Shown here: one piece after another, positions 57,195 through 64,000 of the stretch
How the letters are laid out: the number at the start of each line of letters is the position of its first letter
Numbering within the stretch: position 1 is the first letter of the stretch
From: an uncultured Gemmatimonadales bacterium
GTDB taxonomy: Bacteria > Gemmatimonadota > Gemmatimonadetes > Gemmatimonadales > GWC2-71-9
NCBI GenBank assembly: GCA_963815515.1
Contig: CAWFGP010000003.1
Span: 1,277,513-1,341,512 of the forward strand
Reading direction: 5' to 3'
Length of the DNA stretch: 64,000 nucleotides
Translations under genes and position numbers: made by a program
Notes under the pieces: generated by a model
Databases searched by the model: none
Seen by the model: the letters and a program-made list of their open reading frames with translations, nothing else
Told to the model about the DNA's origin: nothing

Positions 57195-58684
57195 CGACTC
57201 CCGCCGGCATCGTTCCAGAACACGCGGGCTCCGGGGCGGAGGACATCACCCGGAGCCCGCTCTGGAACCCCGACCTCGCTCCAACGCCCCCTGAGCGCCG
57301 CACCTGGTCCACGTACAACATCGCGGCCCTCTGGATCGGGATGAGCGTGGTGATCACCACGTACACCCTCGCCTCCGGCCTCATGCAGCAGGGGATGACC
57401 TGGTGGCAGGCGATGGTCACCATCCTGCTCGGCAACACGGTCGTGCTCGTGCCGATGGTGCTGAACGCGCACGCCGGGACGAAGTACGGCATCTCCTTCC
57501 CGGTGCTCTGCCGGGCGAGCTTCGGAGTGCGTGGCGCCAATCTCCCCGCGATACTCCGGGCGATCGTCGCCTGCGGCTGGTTCGGGATTCAGTCCTGGAT
57601 CGGCGGGCTCGCGCTGGACGCGCTGTTTCGTGCGGCGTGGCCGGGCTGGGCAAGCGTGCCGGGAAGCACCGCGATCACGTTCATGGTGTTCTGGCTGATC
57701 CAGGTCGCCGTGATCCTCAAGGGGACAGAGGGGATCAAGCTCCTGGAAAGCTGGTCGGCCCCGCTGCTGCTGGCCGGTGGCGCCATTCTCCTCTGCTGGG
57801 CCATCAGGGCCGGAGGTGGACTGGGCCACCTGCTGACCGAGTCGGAGCGACTGCGGCGCGGGAGCACGCCGTTCTGGGCCCTGTTTCCGTCGGCGCTCAC
57901 CGCGTCGGTGGGATACTGGGCCACGCTGAGCCTCAACATCCCCGACTTCACCCGCTACGCCCGGAGCCAGCGCTCCCAGATGCTGGGCCAGGCGCTGGGG
58001 CTTCCGACCACCATGACGGCGTTTGCCTTCATCGGAGTGGCCGTCACCAGTGCCACCATCGTGCTCTTCGGCGAGGCGATCTGGGACCCGATCGTGCTGA
58101 TCGGCCGGATCGGCGGCACCGGGGTGATCGTGTTCGCGGCGCTGGTCGTTCTCGCGGCGCAGCTCACGACCAACATGGCGGCGAACGTGGTCTCGCCGTC
58201 CAACGACTTCTCCAACCTGAGCCCGAAGCGCATCAGCTACGTGACCGGCGGGCTCATCACCGCGGTCATCGGCATCCTGATGATGCCCTGGCGGCTCTAC
58301 GCCGACGCTGCGGCCTACATCTTCACGTGGCTGCTGGGCTACTCGAGCCTGATGGGCGCGCTGGGCGGCATCCTGATTGCCGACTACTGGATCATCCGCC
58401 GGCAGCGGCTGGTACTGGACGACCTGTTCCGGGAGCGGGGCGCGTACACCTATCGCAACGGCGTCAACTGGCGGGCCGTCGCGGCATTCGTGATCGCCGT
58501 CTTGCCGGTGATACCGGGCTTCGCGCGGGCGGTGGTGACGCCGGGAGGCGCGGTGGCGGACCCGAACTTCTTCGACCGGGTATACGCGTATGCCTGGTTC
58601 GTCACCTTTGGGCTGAGCTTCGTCGCTTATCTGGGGCTCATGCGCGGGGTGCCAGGTCGGACCCCACCCGCCTCAACTGCTTGA
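57191..58684 (+). CDS. NCS1-family nucleobase/hydantoin/allantoin permease
   Basis: GTGA overlap with the upstream gene. ..NPDLAPTPPERRTWSTYNIAALWIGMSV.., 12-TM-like profile. Confidence 0.85.
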   Translation: MTTPAGIVPEHAGSGAEDITRSPLWNPDLAPTPPERRTWSTYNIAALWIGMSVVITTYTLASGLMQQGMTWWQAMVTILLGNTVVLVPMVLNAHAGTKYGISFPVLCRASFGVRGANLPAILRAIVACGWFGIQSWIGGLALDALFRAAWPGWASVPGSTAITFMVFWLIQVAVILKGTEGIKLLESWSAPLLLAGGAILLCWAIRAGGGLGHLLTESERLRRGSTPFWALFPSALTASVGYWATLSLNIPDFTRYARSQRSQMLGQALGLPTTMTAFAFIGVAVTSATIVLFGEAIWDPIVLIGRIGGTGVIVFAALVVLAAQLTTNMAANVVSPSNDFSNLSPKRISYVTGGLITAVIGILMMPWRLYADAAAYIFTWLLGYSSLMGALGGILIADYWIIRRQRLVLDDLFRERGAYTYRNGVNWRAVAAFVIAVLPVIPGFARAVVTPGGAVADPNFFDRVYAYAWFVTFGLSFVAYLGLMRGVPGRTPPASTA

Positions 58685-58806
58685 CCACGGAGACACGGAA
58701 GGCACGGAAGACACACGGAGGAAAAGCGGAACTAAGTGGGTGTGCTGTTTACCTTGCGGCTGTTCCTCTGTGAGTCCTGTCCGTGTCTTCCGTGTTTCCG
58801 TGGTGA
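58684..58806. repeat. second class of intergenic imperfect palindrome rich in CACGGA(A/G) units
   Basis: Left arm ACCACGGAGACACGGAAGGCACGGAAGACACACGGAGGAA. Reverse complement of the right arm ACCACGGAAACACGGAAGACACGGACAGGACTCACAGAGGAA. Confidence 0.75.
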
Positions 58807-58836
58807 ACCTCTCTCAGGAAACCAGGAAGACACGAC

Positions 58837-59706
58837 ATGCCCCGAGTCGTGAAATGCGGATTGATCCAGGCGACCCACGCCTGCTCCACGTCCGAGAAGC
58901 TCGAGACCATTCGCGAAGCCAACATCGCCAAGCACATGGCGCTGATCGAGCGGGCTGGGCGCGAGGGCGTGCAGATCCTCTGCATGCAGGAGATCTTCAC
59001 CGGCCCCTATTTCTGCGCCGAGCAGAGCGCGCGCTGGTACGACGCGGTCGAGCGGATTCCGGACGGTCCGACGACGCGGCTGATGCAGGAAGTCGCCCGG
59101 CGCTACTCCATGGCGATCGTGGTGCCGCTCTACGAGGAGGACGGGGCAGGGATCTACTACAACACCGCGGCGGTGATCGACGCCGATGGGTCCTACCTCG
59201 GCAAGTATCGGAAGAACCACATCCCCCACTGCGCCCCGGGTTTCTGGGAGAAGTTCTACTTCCGGCCGGGCAACCTGGGCTACCCGGTCTTCAAGACCCG
59301 GTACGCCGACGTGGGTGTCTACATCTGCTATGATCGCCATTTCCCCGAGGGCGCGCGCGAGCTGGGCCTCAACGGTGCGGAGATCGTATTCAACCCGTCG
59401 GCGACCGTAGCGGGGCTATCGGAGTACCTGTGGAAGCTGGAGCAGCCGGCGCACGCGGTGGCCAACGCCTACTTCGTCGGAGCGATCAACCGGGTAGGGT
59501 ACGAGGATCCCTGGCGGATCGGCGAGTTCTATGGGCAGAGCTACTTCTGTAACCCGCGGGGGCAGGTCGTGGCGGAGGCGGCGCGGGACCGGGACGAGTT
59601 GATCACGGCGGAGCTGGACCTGGATCAGATTCGCGAAGTGCGGAATGTCTGGCAGTTCTACCGGGACCGGCGGCCGGAGACGTACGTGGGATTGTCCAAG
59701 CTCTAG
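58837..59706 (+). CDS. beta-ureidopropionase / N-carbamoyl-amino-acid amidohydrolase (nitrilase superfamily)
   Basis: CN-hydrolase triad contexts LCMQEIF (Glu), YRKNHIP (Lys), ICYDRHFPE (Cys). Confidence 0.85.
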   Translation: MPRVVKCGLIQATHACSTSEKLETIREANIAKHMALIERAGREGVQILCMQEIFTGPYFCAEQSARWYDAVERIPDGPTTRLMQEVARRYSMAIVVPLYEEDGAGIYYNTAAVIDADGSYLGKYRKNHIPHCAPGFWEKFYFRPGNLGYPVFKTRYADVGVYICYDRHFPEGARELGLNGAEIVFNPSATVAGLSEYLWKLEQPAHAVANAYFVGAINRVGYEDPWRIGEFYGQSYFCNPRGQVVAEAARDRDELITAELDLDQIREVRNVWQFYRDRRPETYVGLSKL

Positions 59707-59709
59707 CCC

Positions 59710-60147
59710 CTACCGTCCGATATCTTCGTTCCAGAGGTCCGGGTGGTCCCGGATGAAATCCGCCAGCAGGCGCTCGCAGGCAGGATCCCCGACCACCTCG
59801 ACGGCCACGCCCCGGCTTCGAAGCAATTCTTCCTCACCGCGGAACGTCCGGTTCTCGCCCACCACCACGCGTGGAATCCCGTACAGCAGAATCGCGCCGC
59901 TGCACATGGCGCAGGGCGAGAGCGTGGTGTAGAGCGTGCAGCCGCGGTACACCCCCGCCGGCTGCCGGCCAGCCCGCTCCAGGGCGTCCATCTCGGCATG
60001 CAGGACCACGCTGCCGGCCTGCTGGCGGCGGTTGTGCCCGCGCCCAAGGATGCGGTCCTCCCGGACCAGGACCGAGCCGATGGGGATGCCGCCCTCGCGC
60101 AAGCCCTGGCGGGCTTCGTCGAGGGCGGCTTGCAGGAAGTCGTCCAT
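59710..60147 (-). CDS. Fcy1-type cytosine deaminase (CDA-fold zinc deaminase)
   Basis: GGIPIGSVLV..LGRGHNRR, HAEMDALE, TLSPCAMCSGAILLYGIPRVVVGE. Confidence 0.75.
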   Translation of the reverse strand: MDDFLQAALDEARQGLREGGIPIGSVLVREDRILGRGHNRRQQAGSVVLHAEMDALERAGRQPAGVYRGCTLYTTLSPCAMCSGAILLYGIPRVVVGENRTFRGEEELLRSRGVAVEVVGDPACERLLADFIRDHPDLWNEDIGR

Positions 60148-60255
60148 GGGTGGAAGCTATCTCGTCGCGGATCTGCCCGCAGTCACCCCTTCTTCGTCTT
60201 CTTGTCGGTCCCGCCAGCGCGGGACACATTCGCTCAGAGGCGGAAAGGACGGGCC

Positions 60256-62610
60256 ATGGACCTCCTCGAGCAGCTCACGGCGGCGCTGGGTGACCGCTAC
60301 CGCGTCGAGCGGGAGCTCGGCCACGGTGGGATGGCGGTCGTCTTTCTCGCCGAGGACCTGAAGCACCGGCGACGCGTCGCCATCAAGCTGCTCAAGCCCG
60401 ACCTGTCGGCCGTCCTCGGCAGCGACCGGTTCCTTCGCGAGATCGAAATTGCGGCCACGCTCCAGCATCCGCACATCCTCCCGCTGTTTGACTCGGGAGC
60501 GGCCGGGGGCCTGCTGTACTATGTGATGCCGTTCGCGGAGGGCGAGTCGCTTCGGCAGCGGCTCGCGCGCGAACAACAGCTTCCGCTCGACGCCGCGCTC
60601 CGGATCACCCGGGAAGTCGGCAGTGCCCTGCAGCACGCCCACGAGCACGGCGTCATCCATCGCGATATCAAGCCGGAGAACATCGTGCTGTCCGGCGGGC
60701 AAGCCGTGGTTGCCGATTTTGGCATCGCACGGGCCCTTCACGCCGCGAGCCCGGAGCAGCTCACGTTGACGGGCATGGTGGTGGGTACACCGCAGTACAT
60801 GAGCCCGGAGCAGGCCGCCGGTGCGGCAGTGGACGGTCGCAGTGACCAGTACAGTCTGGCGTGCACCCTGTACGAGATGCTGAGTGGGCAGCCCCCCTTC
60901 ACCGGACCGTCGTCCCAGGCAATCATCGCGCGGCACTCGCTCGAGCCCGTGCCGAGCCTGCGGGTGGTTCGCGAGACGGTCCCGTCCGCAGTGGAGGGCG
61001 CAATCATGAAGGCGATGGCGAAGGTGCCGGCCGACCGCTTCGCCTCGATGCAACGGTTCCTGGACGCGCTGGAGTCGTCGGAGGGGGCCAGCGTCACCAC
61101 CGCCGTATCCGCGCAGTCTCGGCGCCCCTCGACGGCGCGCATGGCCCGGCGAGTGACGGCCGGGCTCGGAGCCGGCGTGCTGCTGGCGGCAGCCGCCTGG
61201 TGGCTCGTGCCTGGGCGAAGGACAACCGGTGCCCACCCCGGCTCGAGCGCAGTCACCGCCATCGCGGTGCTCCCCTTTCAGAACCTCGCGAGCAACCCGG
61301 ATAGCTCGTATCTCGGGGAGGGAATGACGGAGGGGCTCATCGCCGATCTGGCGCAGATCGGCTCGTTGAAGGTCATCTCTCGCTCCTCGGGGGCCGAGGC
61401 CGAGGGGACAGCGCGGTCGCTGGGTGAGCTCGCGAGCAAGCTCGGCGTAGAAGCCGTCGTGAAGGGCTCGATCCGCAGGGTGGGGGATAGCGTAGAGGTG
61501 AACGTGCGGTTCCTGCAGGCCCCGGACAGCACCCTGCTTTTCTCGGGAAACTATCACGGTCGACTCGGCGAGCTGCCGGACCTGCAGCGCAAGATCACTC
61601 TCGCCATCACCAACTCGATCAACGCCGAGCTCAAGGGTGCCGAGCGAAGCCGCCTGGACACGCGTCGCGAGGTGAATCAACGGGCATACGAAGCCTACCT
61701 GCGCGGGCGCTTCCACCTGGAGGCTGGCGAGCTCGAGCAGGCGCGGATGCAATTCGAGCGGGCGAGCCAGATCTCGCCTGATTGGGCGCCCCCCTACGTC
61801 GGCCTCGCCAACTACTACACATCGCTTCCCTTCTTCACCGACGTTGCGCCAGTCGACGTGCTGCCCAAGGCCCGGGGGGCGCTGGCGCAGGCCCTCGAGC
61901 TCGACGAGACGCTGGCCGAAGCGCACGCCGCCAACGCCTACATCCGGGCCTACTACGAATGGGACTGGCGGGCCGCCGAGCAGGAGTTCAGGCGCGCCCT
62001 CGAGCTGCGGCCGAGCGACGCGGACGCGTACTTCTCCTACAGCCGCTTTCTCGCGTCACGCGGCCGGCTCGATGAGGCGATCGCGCAGCTTGGGCGCGCC
62101 GTAGAGCTGGACCCGCTCTCGCACGCGCTTCAGGCCAATCGTGCCCTGCTCGACTACTTCGCGGGCCGGTATGACGAGGCCGGCAGCCGACTCCAGCAGA
62201 TACTCAAGAGCGACTCCACCGACGTCCTGGTCAAGTGGGGACTGGCGCTCGTGGCCGAACAACAGGGGAGACCAGAGGAGGCCATCGCGCTACTGGAGCC
62301 GATCAGCGGCGCCAGCCTCAACCGCAAGTCGTCGCTCGGCCATGCCTACGCGGTCGCCGGGAAGGGCCGCCAGGCACGGAGCATTCTCGCCGCGCTGCGC
62401 ACGGCGGCGGCCCACAGCTACGTGCCGTCGTACTATTTCGCACTGGTGCACGACGGCCTCGGCGAGCGCGAGCCGGCACTCCGCTACCTCGAGCGCGCGT
62501 ACGAGGAGCGCTCGACCGTGCTGGCCTACCTACTGATCGATCCGCGACTCGCGCCGCTGCGGGACGACGCTCGATTTCTCGCCTTGGCCCGACGGCTCGG
62601 AGGGCAGTAG
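60256..62610 (+). CDS. Ser/Thr protein kinase with TM helix, TolB-N-like module and C-terminal TPR repeats
   Basis: LGHGGMAVVFLA, AIKLLKPD, HRDIKPENIVL, DFG, GTPQYMSPE. Then AIAVLPFQNLASNPDSSYLGEGMTEGLI, followed by TPR-like ..AYxxxGxxxEA.. repeats. Confidence 0.88.
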   Translation: MDLLEQLTAALGDRYRVERELGHGGMAVVFLAEDLKHRRRVAIKLLKPDLSAVLGSDRFLREIEIAATLQHPHILPLFDSGAAGGLLYYVMPFAEGESLRQRLAREQQLPLDAALRITREVGSALQHAHEHGVIHRDIKPENIVLSGGQAVVADFGIARALHAASPEQLTLTGMVVGTPQYMSPEQAAGAAVDGRSDQYSLACTLYEMLSGQPPFTGPSSQAIIARHSLEPVPSLRVVRETVPSAVEGAIMKAMAKVPADRFASMQRFLDALESSEGASVTTAVSAQSRRPSTARMARRVTAGLGAGVLLAAAAWWLVPGRRTTGAHPGSSAVTAIAVLPFQNLASNPDSSYLGEGMTEGLIADLAQIGSLKVISRSSGAEAEGTARSLGELASKLGVEAVVKGSIRRVGDSVEVNVRFLQAPDSTLLFSGNYHGRLGELPDLQRKITLAITNSINAELKGAERSRLDTRREVNQRAYEAYLRGRFHLEAGELEQARMQFERASQISPDWAPPYVGLANYYTSLPFFTDVAPVDVLPKARGALAQALELDETLAEAHAANAYIRAYYEWDWRAAEQEFRRALELRPSDADAYFSYSRFLASRGRLDEAIAQLGRAVELDPLSHALQANRALLDYFAGRYDEAGSRLQQILKSDSTDVLVKWGLALVAEQQGRPEEAIALLEPISGASLNRKSSLGHAYAVAGKGRQARSILAALRTAAAHSYVPSYYFALVHDGLGEREPALRYLERAYEERSTVLAYLLIDPRLAPLRDDARFLALARRLGGQ

Positions 62611-62817
62611 AGGAGGCCGCCTTCCGGCGGTGCAAGACGGAGGGACAACGGGCCGGAGCGCTAAGTGGCGCTCCAGGCTTGCTGTTGGCCTGTGGCCAGC
62701 GCTCACAAACGCGCACTAGCGACAGTCATCACGCACCATTTCCCTGCACCATTCGCCCTGAGGGGGCCCCGCTCGCTAACCGTCGGCGTGGCGGTGGAGC
62801 AGCAACGCGAGGGAGGG

Positions 62818-63315
62818 TCACGCCCCGCCCGACTCGCGATCCGCCCGGTCCCGCTCGGTGACGTCCCGGGCCACCGCGTAGATCAGACCCGTGGCGGGCT
62901 CTGGGTATGACGTCCACTCCAGCCGCCGATAGCTGCCGTCCTTGCAGCGATAGCGATTCTGGAAACAGATGGTCTCCAGGCCGTTGGCGAGCTTGCTCAC
63001 CTCCGCGATTGTGTCGCTCCGGTCCTCGGGGTGGATTAGCTCGACGAAGGGGATCTTCAGCAGTTCCACCGCGGTGTAGCCCAAGACCCGCTCGAAGGAG
63101 GGATTGACCAGCTTGAAATGGCCGTCGATCCCTGCGATGCAGAGCATGTCCAGGGCATAGTTGAAGAACCGATCTAGGTCGTAGCGGGTATACTCCCCGG
63201 TCGCAGCCTCGCTCACCGAGACGCCGCAGCGGGGGCAGTAGCGCGCGCCCTTTGCCAGCGGCGCCTGGCATCGCAGGCACGAGCCCTGAGAATCTCTCGG
63301 TGGGACCGTCTCCAT
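62818..63315 (-). CDS. zinc-ribbon plus PAS domain protein
   Basis: N-terminal CLRC..CPRCG, then a PAS-like core ..LDMLCIAGIDGHFKLVNPSFERVLGYTAVELL..FVELIHPED..RYRCKDGSYRRLEW... Confidence 0.7.
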   Translation of the reverse strand: METVPPRDSQGSCLRCQAPLAKGARYCPRCGVSVSEAATGEYTRYDLDRFFNYALDMLCIAGIDGHFKLVNPSFERVLGYTAVELLKIPFVELIHPEDRSDTIAEVSKLANGLETICFQNRYRCKDGSYRRLEWTSYPEPATGLIYAVARDVTERDRADRESGGA

Positions 63316-63539
63316 GATGCACTCTCCCCCAAGCTACGCGTACAGCGGGGCGATGCGGTCGGGCGCACTCCCCCTCACGGTTCAGTATGCCGGGGTGGCT
63401 GGATCCCAGGTGTGCGCAGGCTCACCGAATCGCAGCCGAGATCCGGACGCGAGGTGGTGGGGAGTGCGGACGGTCGCCCGCCTAAACGAGCGTAAGTGGT
63501 TGAAAGCGGCCCGGCCGCCTCCGGCGGAGTGACCGGCTC

Positions 63540-63700
63540 ATGGGCCGGCCAGCCTGTCGGCCACGTCATCCCCTCTATTCCGAGCTCCTGAAGCCACCGC
63601 CGGATGCTATACTCAAGGGTGCTGCCCACCCCGGGCACGTGGGCCACTCGCTCACGTCCTCCGCGAAGCCGTCCATGCTCAGCCTTCACGATCCGACGCC
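63540..63700 (-). pseudogene. possible degraded tyrosine-recombinase C-terminal fragment
   Basis: The minus-strand translation ..EHGRLRGGRERVAHVPGVGSTLEYSIRRWLQELGIEGMTWPTGWPAH.. loosely resembles box II (H-x-L-R..A-G..L..IQ..LGH....T..Y-x-H) with indels and no catalytic Tyr. By eye only. Confidence 0.2.
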
Positions 63701-63711
63701 GGGGAGTCTCC

Positions 63712-63997
63712 ATGGCCAATTTCAGCAACGAACAGCTTGACAAGATTCGCGCTTTCCTCGAGAAAGTGGGTGTCAAGCCGGAGTGCCCTGCCTGCAAGAA
63801 GGGTATGCTAGTGATCGACCCGGGGACAGTTCGGACTCCATGAAGTGGTGCAGTTGCGCGAGAACCCCACGGGAGCGGCCGGTGGCACGGCGGGATCGAC
63901 GGGGAGAATCGCCACGTGTGTGCTCTGGGCCTGCAATATCTGCGGCTTCGTCCGAATGCACTCGTTGGCTGCGATCGGCCTAGACAACATGATGTGA
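63712..63997 (+). pseudogene. small double-CxxC zinc-ribbon protein, frame interrupted at a G4 run
   Basis: MANFSNEQLDKIRAFLEKVGVKPECPACKKGMLVIDPG then stops at 63843. Removing one G from GGGG (63822-63825) continues as QFGLHEVVQLRENPTGAAGGTAGSTGRIATCVLWACNICGFVRMHSLAAIGLDNMM*. A/T-ending codons are atypical for this genome. Confidence 0.4.
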
Positions 63998-64000
63998 AGA

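Noticed and set aside
29754-61926. Long shadow ORFs in the right part of the window (29754-31328-, 36528-37910+, 37583-38788+, 41843-43246+, 43189-44370-, 44184-45659-, 45541-47091+ and 44567-45703+ extensions, 45611-46888-, 46924-47958-, 47511-48815-, 48790-50109-, 49823-50821-, 54493-55719-, 55662-56909-, 60157-61926-)
   Set aside because: Same reasoning as for the left part: they are antisense to or out of frame with clearly identified genes (act, spt operon, hem operon, pyrimidine genes, kinase), and their translations are low-complexity.
63315-63540. tRNA or other small RNA as an integration target next to the putative integrase remnant
   Set aside because: I found no GGTTCGAATCC-like T-loop or cloverleaf arms on either strand. 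I also found no tRNA or rRNA signatures in the other intergenic gaps (5650-5806, 13491-13800, 19010-19247, 62611-62817).

Overview
High-GC (roughly 65-70% by eye) bacterial chromosomal segment. Its gene content and palindromic HPERSEGA-type intergenic repeats are reminiscent of Gemmatimonadota or Acidobacteriota; this taxon guess is low-confidence inference. All homology calls were made by eye from motifs, with no searches run. The window is mostly tightly packed core metabolism. In order:
- leuA(partial)-ilvB-ilvN-ilvC-leuC-[157 bp AT-rich spacer]-leuD-leuB
- a PAP2 phosphatase, then ilvD
- amtB-PII-glnA
- a Ser/Thr kinase plus a stand-alone paralog of its ectodomain
- dinB, then an S8 lipoprotein protease
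- a beta-hydroxyacid dehydrogenase
- a small tandem-repeat protein plus a PilT-like ATPase, then a TrmJ-like methyltransferase
- a complete alternative complex III operon, actABCDEF
- an ECF sigma/anti-sigma pair, a Cys-rich YkgJ-like protein and a plastocyanin-like cupredoxin
- a 4-gene predicted ceramide/phosphosphingolipid operon (spt, GNAT-type cerS-like, epimerase-type cerR-like, Aur1/PAP2_3-like)
- soxY(frameshifted)-soxZ-MBL-rhodanese, then an amidohydrolase
- the heme operon hemB-L-Y-C-D-E-F
- a frameshifted aldehyde dehydrogenase and a large unknown membrane protein
- a reductive pyrimidine catabolism cluster (PreA-like, dihydropyrimidinase, NCS1 permease, beta-ureidopropionase, Fcy1-type cytosine deaminase)
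- a kinase-TPR protein and a zinc-ribbon-PAS protein
- at the right edge, a lower-GC patch with a broken zinc-ribbon ORF and a possible integrase remnant
I saw no rRNA, tRNA or CRISPR. The points most worth a second look are:
- the predicted sphingolipid operon
- the anomalous AT-rich insertion inside the leu operon
- an undescribed DCGC ectodomain shared by the kinase and its neighbour
- a REP-like palindrome family whose arms supply the stop codons (..SP*) of three genes
- three single-base frameshifts (two of them in G-runs), which indicate either assembly error or real pseudogenes
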